From Camelus dromedarius (taxonomy: Eukaryota), in contig NC_087438.1 of NCBI RefSeq assembly GCF_036321535.1, positions 12,836,001 to 12,900,000 on the forward strand: a stretch of 64,000 nt of DNA, read 5' to 3'. Under the pieces are notes generated by a model, which was not told the origin of the DNA, did not search any database, and worked only from the letters and a program-made list of their open reading frames with translations. Shown piece after piece: positions 13,391 through 25,754 of the stretch (the first letter of the stretch is position 1; each line of letters opens with the position of its first letter). A program made the translations under genes and the position numbers.

Positions 13391-14656
13391 CATCTATTAT
13401 TTGAAATAACAATAACTGGCTAACGTTGAATTTAAAATAACTGCAAGTTTATATAGAAAGATCTGTTTTACATAAAAAATGTGACCATGTGACAATACAA
13501 ATTAATATCTAAATTAAGGAGCTTTTGAGAGTAAAATAAATACTACTCATGATTTTGCTGGGTTAAACTTAGTAAATCAGGACCTTTCTGGGAAAATTAG
13601 CAATTGTAACTTGAGTTATGACTCATTTCCAAAACTTGTGACTTAAAGGTCTATAGAACAACTACTTGTAGAGGTAGACTCACAACCTGATTATTTATAT
13701 CTTTGGAAAGTTCAAGGGCAGCTGATAATTTTCAGTAATTGTTAGTACCATGATGGCATGGAGACCTTCAGTAGTCACAACTGAAAATGTGGTATGAATC
13801 AGACACACCCAGTGATGTCTATGAATCTTATGCTTCTGTTACGGAAATAGCTGAACCAGCATGACTGTGTTCATCTCTCATCCACATTTTTACATCTGAG
13901 CTCACAGACTCATTAGATCGCTGCATTGTTCACACTCCAGACTTTTCCAGATGACACATGGAATTATTCCACCAGTTGGAGTGCTAGCCTACAGAACGTG
14001 ATTTATCTCTCAATCAGTGACTAGTATGTGCTACTACTTTCCCCATTGTCAGACTATGACAGAAATATTTACAGGGTGGAGTGGGGACAACAAAAATTAG
14101 AATTATAATCAAATTTTTAAATCTGAAAGGGCTTTCTGGAGAAAGTGATATTTGAACTAGTTTTTAAGGATAGGTAAGCATTATATAGGCAAATAAAAGC
14201 AGAAACAAAGAAAATAGCATGAAGAAATGTGCTGAAATTTCAAATAGCATGATATTTTCAAAGTACTGATGGAGAGAGGAGAGTGTGAGGGGAGAGGAAA
14301 TGGTAAAAATAACATTAAAAAGTTTTCTACATTCAAGTTTCTTTATTTAGTTTTATGAGGGTGTGATAGGGCCCCTAGTCTTTAAGTGCCTCAGTATATA
14401 ATCAACTAAATTTATAGGCAAAGAAGATGAGGCAAACACCAAATTTCTCATTGGAATACTAGATAATTTTTAAAGAATAATTTTCAAGTGTAGTGTGCTT
14501 TTTATTTAGCACAGTTTTATTGTAATCTATGAAAACATTATAATCTTTATTTAGTAAATTTTTTCTCCACTTCGTTTTTACAAATTCAAAAATAGCCCAT
14601 ATAAGTTAATATGAGCTAGTATTTTAATATATTTGAACAGGATTAATAAACACCTG

Positions 14657-14930
14657 TGTATCAGTTAGTTATTGCTGGGTAACAAACTATTCTAAAACAC
14701 AATGGCTTAAAATAACAATCATGGATTATTGCTCATAAGTCTACGGTAGGCTGGGCTCACTCATCCATCCACAGTCAGCTGTGGGTGAGATGTCACTGCT
14801 GATCTCTGGTATGTTCCATCACATGTTTGGGATCAACTTGCTGTCAGTTGGTCTGGAACAATGTCACTTTTCTCCACATGGTCTCTCATCACTTTGTAAG
14901 CTAGTCTGAGTTCTTAGAGAGACAGAAAAT
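14657..14930 (-). mobile_element. MaLR LTR fragment (MLT1F-H-like)
   Basis: tgtatcagttagttattgctgggtaacaaactattctaaaacacaatggcttaaaataacaa is an antisense MLT1 3' terminus. Confidence 0.7.
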
Positions 14931-15087
14931 ATGAGCAGCCTTGAAAATTGAGAGGATATGAAAGTGGATAGAAGAGTGGGATGTAGCATTCCAAAACAGA
15001 CACAGAAATGCTATGAGCACAGATCAGACTATGTGTGGAAGGTTAGGAAATATAATGAAGAAATGAGTCTCACTGAAGCAATAGGAT

Positions 15088-15440
15088 ATGTATTAGTCGT
15101 CACCACCAAAATAATGCAGCCACATAACAAACTGTCAAAAACTCAGTGACTGGGGTGATTCATTCAAGCTGCTATCAGCTGAGATTGGCTCCAGGCTGTG
15201 GATTGGTTTAGGTATGCTCCATGTTTGTTCTTTCTGGGGCCCAGGCTAAAGGGGCATCCACTACTGAAAAAAGCTGTTCTTAAAGCAGCTCACTGTAGTT
15301 TAAGATCCAAGCAAAAACAGACAATCACAGTTAAAGTCGCTGCTTGCATCACATTTGTTAAATTTTTATTGGCTATTAGTCATATGGCCAAAAAGTATCA
15401 ACAAGGCAGGGGCATATACTCTACCCACTGCAAGAGGGTG
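15088..15440 (-). mobile_element. MaLR LTR (MLT1I/J-like)
   Basis: tgtattagtc...ataacaaactgtcaaaaactcagtgact and ttattggctattagtcatatggccaa. Confidence 0.6.
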
Positions 15441-15561
15441 GTTGTTTTATAGCAATAACCCAAAATGTCAGAGTATATTTGGTGAAGTAAGGGAGAAATG
15501 AGGACCTAGAAACTAAGCGAACACATAATTTAGGTTGAATAATTGTGGTGCAGTTGGAGGT

Positions 15562-16136
15562 TGTGACGCATATGGTATTTTCCAAGATGACCGCATTGAT
15601 ATCTCCTATCCCACACACTTGTCACAGTGTGACAATGAGACTCCTCACATCACGTGATGAGGTCTATAGCCACTCCCCTTGATTTTAGGCCAGCCTTAGT
15701 GACTGACTGAGAACAAGTATATGGTGAAAGGGACACTATGATATTTTCAAGTCTAGGTTATAGAAGGCCATATAGCTCCTGCCCCCTTCTCTGGAACAAT
15801 CACACTAGGCCTAGAGCCCTTCACTGCCACGTCAGCTCTCTGACTGTCCCCAGGCGCCCATGCTGTGAGGAAGCCCAGAGTGCCACCTGTAAGAGGACCA
15901 CATGGAGAAGTTCTGACACTGCATAAAGATGAAGTGATGCTTCACTCATCCCAGTCACTTCAGTCCCAGTGTTCCAAGTCCAGCCTCCCTCTCACCCCAA
16001 CCTCATAGAAGACTTTCTGTCAGACCACCTGTGGATTCCTGGCCTCCAGGAACCATGAGAGGTAATTAAATGAGCATTGTTTGAAGTCACACAGTTTGGG
16101 GATGATTTGTTGTGTAGCAGTAGGTAACTGGAAACA
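15562..16136 (+). mobile_element. MaLR solo LTR (MLT1G/H-like)
   Basis: ccatgctgtgaggaagccca; terminus agtttggggatgatttgttgtgtagcagtaggtaactggaaaca. Confidence 0.8.
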
Positions 16137-18759
16137 TATGGTTGGGCATAAACACCAGGAAGAGAAATCTGAGCTAAGTTTAATAAGCCAGGAACAACCA
16201 CAGAAAATCTGTTGGATAGAAGAATAGCCAGATAGATGTGGTGTTTTAAGAAGTCCAGGCAAGTGTCTGTGTGCAGGATCACCTGATAGCGGGGGTGCCT
16301 GGAAGTGCAGAAATGATCTCAGTGTTCCAGGCACCAAATGAACAGTCTTTGGCAAGGTTGAGCTTTTGCTATTTATAGGAACATTTCTCTCTGTACAGAT
16401 AGAAATGCTTTAGAGAAGTTGCATATGTTGATTTTGGGAATTTACTCATTTTTTAAGGATCTTGACCTCTTAATGAACACCCTACTGAGTCATTTTATGA
16501 GAAATGTATTTATCTCCTTATAAATGTTTCATAAATGTGAGTTTTCATTAATTGGTTCAATGACCTTATCCATTAGTCATTTTGTTCATTATTTTAAAAT
16601 CTCCATTTAGCACTGCTACTGTGTAGAAACCAAGAGATTTTATTAGCATCACATGATGTAAAATTAATGAGCTAACATCAAACTTCCCCCCCCCCAAATG
16701 ATTTAAAGCAGCAAGCTTTAATATCCACTTCAGCAATCAGTACATTTCACAACGTAGTACCCTTTAGTCCAGCGCCACTAGGACATCTATTAGATTACAG
16801 TGGTGAGTCCTTGAGACATATTTGCATCACTGCTGATGCTCAGTAGGTATCTCAGACTGTAAGCATGTGATTTTGTGGCACATATAACCCAGCAGGTCAG
16901 TATTCCTCTCTCTAATCGAGGATCACCCCCCTCTACTACTTTAGGAAGAGAAGAGGGGTTATCTTGCTGCCCTCATTGTGTCTGGTATCAGCCTGCTCCC
17001 CAAAATCGCTCTTTCTCTGTTCCCTGCTCTCCCTTAAATCATCTCCCTCAAATTCACTTCATTGCTGTCTGGTGCTTAATCAAAAACCCTCCCATTTGGC
17101 CATTTCCTGCATTGGGGGCCACCTGAGAGGGATATGTGGGGCGGGCTATGCTTCCCTTCATTACCTTGTGTTTTATTCCCTAGAACCCTGCTCCAGAAAG
17201 CTCTAGGAAGTACCACACTCTACCAATGATACCAAAAGAAAAAGTTAAAACTAGGAAAGAAATATTTTAAACTGCACACCATGTATTTGATGCCTCAAAA
17301 GCCACGTTTCATGTTCAGAGTGTCCTTGAATGTCCACCCTGGTCTAGTCTCTGTGCCTCTCTTTGAGAGCGATTTTCTCCTTTTTCTAATCTCCATCATC
17401 AAAGTTTTACCTTTCTTCTGGGGGATTCTATTCACTCAGCATAGATTCAGTGTCAGGATCCAGCCTCTTGCTCTACATCTTCCAAAGTCAAAAGTGCTTA
17501 TTTACTCAAGAGTAATTAAGGGAGGGGACATTAGCCGGAGTCAGTGGTGGCATGTAGCCTGCCAAGGGTCATAGGTAGTTCAGAGCTCTCTAAGTCCCCT
17601 TCCCCATTTATTCACCAGTATAAACTGCAGACTTTTTAATCTTCAGATTGTAGAATCTCCTCCTCTCCCTCTTCCCCCATTTTGGAAATGATATAACCTA
17701 GCTCCTCACATTGAGAAAGAGAGGCATTCCTAATCATGTTTAAGTCAGAGATGTTTCTTCCCATTATTTTGCAAGCGGTGTTTGTTTACTCTGTTCAGTT
17801 TTTTCCTCTATCCCTCCCACATTTTGTCCCATCAGGTCTGTTTAGAATTGGAATAGATCTGGAGGTGAGCCACTGAATTTTTAAAGTGGCCATTCTCTTT
17901 AGCTACAGAAAATATTTAGGAAAATTTAGAAATTAGCTCAATTAGATATCGAAGAAACATAACTGATCCTTGTCTGGGAGAAAGAGGAAGGGGAAGTTTA
18001 GCTTTCTATGTAGTAGAAGAAATCTCTGAGTAGCTTCTAATTATTTTTGCTTGATGCTTGTTAATTAATAAAGCTGAATGCATTGCTGCCTAGTACCCTG
18101 TTTTATTCATTTATTCGTGAGGTTAGACTATGTTAAATGACTAAGGATTTGCCATGTGAAGATTTGGAATAAGAGCATTCCTGACTTCCCCAAACGCAGC
18201 TGTTGCAAACACAAAAATGACTTTAGAATGTTTGAGGAAGGAATGAAGGCCAGCAGGAATGGGGTCTAGTATAGATCCTAAATATTTTCCCAACACTTTT
18301 AGTTTAGAAAATAAAGAATGGAGGGTGTATTTCATTTTCAAACTTGTGTATTCTTACTTAGAAAAAGAACTGAAAGTAGAAGGCTACTTTAGGTCTTTCT
18401 TTTCTTGACCATCAACTATGTCCAAGATTCATCCCAAATCAAGGAAGATTGGAGGAATAAGAGAAGAGTAATTCTGGAGAAGATTTAGAATATTTTGAAC
18501 CTTTTCAGAAATAAGGAATAAGAGAAAATTTTTTTAGCTTTCGACCCTGGGAGCTTGATCTGGTTTTCCGACACGTCACTGTGGTTCAGCGTTTAAGGTG
18601 CTTTAGCTAATACATTGCTCTCTCCTTTCTGGGAGAAGTAGCTCAGGTTTTCTGTGTTTAATAGCTTAGGTAGAACACCAGGAGAAGTTTACTAATAAAA
18701 TATTTTGGAGAAAAAGTAGGAGAGAGAGACTGGTGTGATTTTTAGTATCAGCCTGCAAA

Positions 18760-18850
18760 CAGTCCCCCTGGGGGGCATTGCTGTCTCCTGTCAATCACAA
18801 AAATTCTCTCGGCTGTCAATCACCAGCTGACTCAAGGAACTTGCATATTC
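18760..18850. promoter_or_regulatory. Candidate enhancer/alternative promoter with two TALE (PBX-MEIS/PREP) decamers and an E-box/AP-1 site
   Basis: CTGTCAATCA (reverse complement TGATTGACAG) at 18788-18797 and 18813-18822; CAGCTG at 18824-18829 overlapping TGACTCA at 18828-18834; sequence not recognised as repeat. Confidence 0.5.
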
Positions 18851-20871
18851 TGTGCTGGAGGCTTTTTTTTTTTTTTTTAATTTTTTTTAAGCAGCATGAA
18901 GCTACACCAAAGTGCTGTTGAAATGATGGATATATAATAAAATGCTTGCTTGAAGATTCTGCAACCAAATAAATCATGTTCTCCTTCTTGTCTAATGGTC
19001 AAATTCTTTCCAGTCTTTTAATTGGCTTTCATGTACTTTATACTTAAGAATGGATATATGTGTGTAGTGACCTTTTTACGTTTTAGGAAACTTGTAGAAA
19101 ATAAATTACTTGTTAGATTTTCATTGAGGTCATGACTTTCAATGACTGTAGGTCATCGATTTCACACATACACACAATGTGGGCTTTCTTCGTGGGAAAA
19201 CTTTTATTTCTTATAAATTTCTTAAATACTTCGACTATAAAAATGTATGTGAAATGTTCAAATCTTAAGTTTTTATTCAAGTTTAACTTAATCAGTTACA
19301 AGATGAAATCTGACGTTCCTCCTTTCCTTGCAGTTCAGTAAATACATGATATAGTTGCTTTCCTAGTTCACACGTAGACTTCTGGAGAATAACCAGTGAA
19401 ATGATCAAACACAGAGAACTATATGTAATGGCTGAATTCTGAATAATCATCCTATTTACAGAGAGAATTTAGATATTAACTTGAGGGGCTAAGAAACTGG
19501 TGGAACTGCCAAATGAGAACATTTTATCGGAGGTAAAATAGAATGAGATACTCCTGAATCCCTTTGTGGTTGGGCTGTTCACTTTGCTAGGAGGGGAAAT
19601 CTGGGACAAATGACCTCCTGCTGGGTGGAGAGGAAGAGTCCACTCTCCTGCATTCTTTCTTGATCAGCCATTAACAGAGTTGAGCATGACTCTATTCCTC
19701 CCCTCATTCCCATTCATTTTTACTTAAATACGCACCTTTAGGTAGAAGGCTCTCCCCTCTGCAGCCTTGGAAACCAGCTGTCTCAGCAGTTGTCGGCCCC
19801 TTGGCTCAGATGTTGCTACTTACCTCATGGCGGTGTCAATGTTGGATTCCATCTTTCCCTTTTTATTTATGAGATTTTAAAAATGTATTATATCTGTAAT
19901 CTATTAAAAACTCCGTAATTAGTGGAGTTTTAACCATTATTTTACATAGAGATAAACTGGATAATGTGAAAAAGCCAGAAATCTAGCGTTTGAAAAGTTA
20001 ACAACCAATACGAAAAACCACAGGCAAGATGAAACCCCTACAATGTACAGATATCTCATTGCAAAGTCAAGTTGTTGAGTTTTCCTTAATTTAAACAAAA
20101 CTGTCCAAAGTATCTTTCAATAAATTTATTTTTATCCTTCTTATAGGTGAGTTCAGACATTCCAATATTATCTGTGAACACAGCCTAAGAAGTAAATGCA
20201 ATTTTGTCTTTTGACAGATAAAATGAGCCCTTGCTGATGGCAATCATGTATCTTCTAGTTCAATATTCCTCCTCCCCTCCCACTCCAGGAATAAAGCACA
20301 AAAAACAGGCCATCAGTCAATCCTCCATGAATGTCTTGTATTCATGTACAAGTTGAAAAAAAAAAAAACTATCCTCTATCTATGGATCTGTCTTTTTCAC
20401 ACTTTCAATGTGCCTAATGACCCTGCCTTTTAAGGCAGAATTTTATTTTCATACCAATATGAGTAAACACATTCCTAGAACATTACTCTTGATAGATGTA
20501 AGGTGAAGTAGTTAAGGAACAAACCATTTTTTTAGCTGAGTAATTTGCTATAGTTCTAATACAATGCCGTATGTAACTTGGAAGCTCAATAAATGACTTT
20601 GATGAATTCTATTCTGCTAGAGAGAACACTCCTCCTGTTTACCATTTCAGGTTTTTTGAGGTGAAGATTAGGCAGATGCCTGATCTTCAGTATTATGAAG
20701 ATGTTGAACCAAGTCCAGCATAATCTGTTGGAAGAAAAATCTGCATTTTTTCCCACAATTCTACACATCTTGAGAAGAGAAGCACTGACCATCTCTCTCC
20801 TGGGCTGTCTTTTCAAATATACTCGTGTAACTAACAGCCTTGGAAGACAGAAGTAACTTCACCTCTGGAGC

Positions 20872-21044
20872 AAACAACAAGGACCTACTGTATAGCACAG
20901 GGAACTATATTTAATACCTTGTAATGACCTATAATGAAAAAGAATATAAAAATAAATATACATATACATATATATAAATGAATCACGATGCCGTACACCA
21001 GATATTAACACAACATTATAAATGGACTATACTTCAATAAAAAA
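20872..21044 (+). mobile_element. L1 3'UTR fragment (cetartiodactyl-type)
   Basis: aaacaacaaggacctactgtatagcacagggaactatat...ctatacttcaataaaaaa; same family as 60588-60842. Confidence 0.88.
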
Positions 21045-21049
21045 GGATA

Positions 21050-21520
21050 CACCACTTTATAGGAAAATATATCAAATGCTCTGCTGGTTAGTACACAAAG
21101 GTGAATTATTGAGAGAATGAGAATGTATTGGAACCTACATTGATCTTCACTGCTTCCCAGCCTCCAGCGTTCATGGTGGGGCATCCTGCAGGAGAACATC
21201 TTGTTGTCCTCAGGGAGCTCAGCTCAACCTGGGGAAAATGCTGAAGATGCTGACCCAGTAGGTCTGGCAGGAGCTGAAGGAACTGTGGGTGGAGGGTGTC
21301 CAGCATGAACCAGGTGAGCGCAGGTGAGCAAGGGCGATGGAAGTGAGCCTCACCAGCCACGCAGGCTGCCAGAGCTCAGAGCACAGGAACAGGCTGCTGC
21401 TTCCCTTTCACCTTCTCATGCAAAATGCCACATGAGGCTCACACTAACTCAGAATTTGCAGGGAAAGGAATCCTGGAGAATAAAGATCCAGGAGAGCTCA
21501 GTGGATGATACTTCAGATCC
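21050..21520. mobile_element. Possible ancient ERVL-type LTR remnant
   Basis: Locally GC-richer block ending ctaactcagaatttgcagggaaaggaatcctggagaa, reminiscent of old ERVL LTRs; family not certain. Confidence 0.35.
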
Positions 21521-21744
21521 ACCACCAGCAACACCTAACCAACTACACCTCACCATAACTGAGACACAGGCTGAACTTCCGTGTCTTTCAACAGTATTAC
21601 AAAACCTTGAAAAAAAATGATATTTGAGCATTTGTTTGTTTCTACCTGTGGCCAAATGAACAAAACCCCTATCTATGTAAAATAAACATTTTGCTTTAGA
21701 AATTTCCCTTTGATTTATTCCATGAACTTACATGCAGTGAAATT

Positions 21745-21895
21745 AAGCTGAGCCTCAGTTTCCTTATTAGTAAGAAAGGGGAATGATACAAATCAGTGTC
21801 AGTTAGGGACTGCTCTACCATCACCTAGCCTGTCACCCTGAGCAAGTTTCCTCACCTCTGTGAGCCTTCCTTTCTTCATTTATCAGATGGGTGTG
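21745..21895 (+). mobile_element. MIR fragments
   Basis: MIR core-like gagcctcagtttcctt and accctgagcaagtttcctcacctctgtgagcc...atttatcagatggg. Confidence 0.6.
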
Positions 21896-22018
21896 GGAAA
21901 ATTCAGTGGTCAAATCCATCCTGTTTGGGAAAGATTTTCTAAAATCTCTAATCAGTAATATGATTCCTGGAGAATTCTTCTTAGAAAGAACATTTTAGAA
22001 TTCTCAAATAAGACCTTT

Positions 22019-22528
22019 TCTCTTGATTGATTGATCGATTGATTGATGTCAGTTTGCAATGTTGTGTCAATTTCTGGTTACAGCATAATGCTTCAGTCGT
22101 ATATATACATACATAAGTTCCTCTTCATATTCTTTTTCATTATAGGTTACTACAAGATATTGAATGTAGTTTCCTGTGTTATACAGTAGCAACTTTTTAA
22201 TCTATTTTCTATAGTTAGTATCTGCAAATCTCAAACTCCCAATTTATCCCTTTGCACCCCCTTTCCCCAATTGTAACCGTAAATTTGTCTTCTATGCCTG
22301 TGAGTCTGTTTCTGTTTCATAAATAAGTTCATTTGCCTTTTTTTTTTTTTTAGATTCCACATATAAGTGATATCCTATGGTATTTTTCTTTCTTTTTCTG
22401 GTTTACTTCACTTAGAATGACAATCTCCAGGTCCATCCACATTGCTGCAAATGGCATTATTTCATTCTTCTTTATGGCTGAGTAGTATTCCAACATACCA
22501 CAACTTCATTATCCAGTCATCTGTCAAC
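22019..22528 (-). mobile_element. 5'-truncated L1 3' end with TSD
   Basis: L1 3'UTR and ORF2 end (tagattccacatataagtgatatc...). TSD taagaccttt at 22009-22018 and 22529-22538. The tail has decayed to a (GATT)n-like repeat. Confidence 0.9.
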
Positions 22529-23174
22529 TAAGACCTTTGAATGTTTAGTGTTAAGGCTTGTCACTCAGTGAAAAGTGGTAAGTGTTGTTGCTTTGCTATG
22601 TGCACATTATCTCTGGCTATTACATCCTGTAATCATGTTTCATTGATAACTTATATGATATTGAAATGTGGTCATGAATTCATTTAATGACCTGCTTCAT
22701 TTTACACTGAAATTTTGTTAGTTGGTTCTGAGCCTCTGCTGGTGAGGTTTGAACCTTTCCTCTCAGCACACAGAGATTTCATTACCATGTATAAAGATGT
22801 AGGGATGAATATTTTATGCAGTTCAATCCCTTGGATCTGTTTTTCCAGTGTATGATATTTATTATTTATTTAGTTTATTGTGTTTTTTTAAATTAAGGTG
22901 CTTGCATATTGGCTCCAGGGGCATTATGATGTGAAGAAACAAAATAAACTAATAATTCTGAGAACTCTCTTATTTCAGAGTTGCCTAATTAAAACCAGTT
23001 TTGGAGACAGAAATGAAAACTAATGATTATAATGCATGTGATCTTGGAGGAACACTTAAGATTCCTTGGGAACTGAAGAAGGTCAGACAGTAATACTTGT
23101 TACTTTGTACATGAATATTGTATATGCATTTTGAAAAAATATAAATAATACAGACACATGTAAAGTCATAACTG

Positions 23175-23435
23175 AAAGAATGAAATGTAATGGGGTGCCT
23201 TTTATTGGATCTCGGAGCAGAGAAAGAATGTTAGTGGAAAACAGATGAAATATATACAAAGTTTAGACTTCAGTTGATAGTAGTATGTCAGTATTTGTTT
23301 TTTAGTTTTGAGAAATGTATTGTGGAAATGTAAGATGTTAACAATGGGGGAAACTGGGTGGGGGTGTCCAGAAAACCTTTGTACTGCTTTTGTAACTTCT
23401 ATAAATCTAAAATCATCCCAAAATAAAAGTTTTAT
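23175..23435 (+). mobile_element. L1MC-like 3' end
   Basis: taagatgttaacaatgggggaaactgggtg...aaatctaaaatcatcccaaaataaaagtttt. Confidence 0.75.
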
Positions 23436-23776
23436 TTTTATTTTTATCTACTTATTTATTTATTTTTAATTGAAATACAGTTGACTTACAATATTATATT
23501 AGTTTTGGGTCTACAGTATAGTGATTTGATATTTTTATAAATTACACACCATATAAAGTTATAAAATACTGACTATATTTCCTGTGCTGTGCATTACATC
23601 TTGTGAAATTTATTTTATAACCACCTGTCATGCCATCACTTCTTTCATCCTTCTCCCTTGTAACCACTACTTTGGTCTCTGTATCCATGAGTCTCTTTCT
23701 GTTTTGTTGTATACAGCTCTGTGTGCTGTTACTTATATGTGGGATCTAAAAAACAAAACAAATTAACAAATGAAAT
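23436..23776 (-). mobile_element. L1 3' fragment with an inverted 5' segment (about 23718-23776 on +)
   Basis: Antisense L1 tail and 3'UTR run to about 23712, followed by sense-orientation acttatatgtgggatctaaaaaacaaaacaaattaacaaa. Confidence 0.75.
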
Positions 23777-24889
23777 GTTTTTTTTTTAAAGTGGACAAAA
23801 ACACTTTTCCCCTTTGCTGATAGTTGGCCCATACTAATATACTGCTCCCCTCTCCTATAACAATATAACTTAGATTTTCAGGTCAATACACACACAAATC
23901 TACCTCATGTTAAAAATGCCTACAAGTTATTTCAAGATGTTAATTTACATATTTTAAAGTCATTCTGTTGAACTGATTCCATTGTTTCTGCCTTAGCAAG
24001 TCATGCTACAAAGGGCATCTTTTCAAATATATCCTTGTACATTTATATGAACCTTAGGTATAAAATAAATGTTCCAAATTGCCACAAGTATGAATATTAA
24101 CATTTTAAAGGTCAAATTATTCTTCTAATGGTTTTTGGAATTTATAAATCTATCAATAGTATACAAGGATGGCTTTTTACTCATACTGTTACCAAACTGG
24201 ATATTATCATTAAAAAAAATGCCAGTGTATTTGAAAAACTGGTATTTCAGTTGTGTGATGATGGAGGAATGAATGCTAACCATGCAGCTGGGAGAAGAGG
24301 GTAAGAATGGATAAGATGGAATCATGGGCAAACACAGGAAAGCACAGAGAGAATGCTGCTCTCAACATGTATTTTTCAGGAAAGTTGGCATTTAGCATGG
24401 ACTTGAGGGTCAACCTGAGGTTGACAGTCATGAAATGTTTGAATCCATATTAAGGAGATGAAATGTGTTTCAAAATCATTTACAGTTTTCCAAAACGGAA
24501 GAACATGCTCAGAATTTCATTTTTAGAAAGATGTCTATGAGTGTCATGTAAGAGTCTGTCTTAAACGGGGATAAAGCTGGAAAAAGGATAACTAGTTAAG
24601 AGGTTCTTGATATGATATGATACATATTAGCACTGAGGCACGGAAGTGCCTCTGAGAGAAGCATCAAAGACAGAAGCTACAGAACTCAGCGGCTGCTTAG
24701 ACCTGAAGGGTAAAAGAGGTGGAGTGGACCAGACTTTAGAAGACTAGACTCTCAGTTTTATTTTTGCAAAATTAGAAACTGTATGGAGAGACGCAGATTT
24801 GGGAAAGAGGTGATGAATTTTGTCTTAGAAACGTTCCATGTGAGATGCCTGTAGAACTCCAAACTGAACACGTGCAGTGGACAGAGGGA

Positions 24890-25042
24890 TGCAGTTATGT
24901 ATTATAGGATGGTTAACAGCAGCCCTGGTGTCCATCCACTAGAAACCAGTAGCAGAGTTCAAGTTGTGACAACAAAAAATATCTCCAGATATTGCCAAAT
25001 GCCCCTTGAGGGTAAAATAAAAATTCCCTGTTGAGAACTGCT
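24890..25042 (-). mobile_element. MER20 fragment inside L2-like sequence (about 24300-25330)
   Basis: gttgtgacaacaaaaaatatctccagatattgccaaatgcccc...gttgagaactgctg. Confidence 0.8.
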
Positions 25043-25754
25043 GGACTATGTGAAGTGAGAAGGAAAAACGGTGATGATAGATCCCTGAGGAACATCGCTG
25101 TTAAAATATGTTAGAGAAGGAGGGTGGGAGAAGTGCCAGGAAGTAGAAGCAGAAAAACAAACAAACAAGAAACGGTGCCCTCGAAGACAGAGGAGGGAAT
25201 GTGTAAAAAGAAGAAAATAGACATATATGTCATATACTGATGCAATGTTAAGTCAGTTAGAGACTAAAATTTTCAAGTATATTTGGCAATTTCAAGGTCA
25301 CTTGTGACATTGACAAGAGTAATTTTTTTGATATCAGCTTCAGGTGTCACCTGGAAGCAGTTGTTCTAAAAAATCCGATAAACTATTAGTTTTTGAGTGA
25401 TGGCTATCTCATTGCTTTTCTTGCAGTTTTACTGACAGTTCTGTTGACTTTTTTCACTCACACTCAGTCTGGGTATTTCACTAGAGAATTACTGAACTCT
25501 TTCTATAGTTGTTTCTCCTGACCCCATTTTCAGATGAAAATTTTTAATAACTAAATACCATTTGTACTTTAAGGCAACACCTCTCAGTTTTTATTCTTTT
25601 ACTGAAGTGTCTTCATTTTAAAAAATCCAGAGTTTGTGTCATGGTGCTAACTGGAGAAGTAGACCTTGTCCTGTTGCCAGAATCTTCTTTCCCCTCTTAT
25701 TCTTGGACCAAATTTAAGTGACTAAACACTCTACTTTCAGGAAGAATTTGGTTT

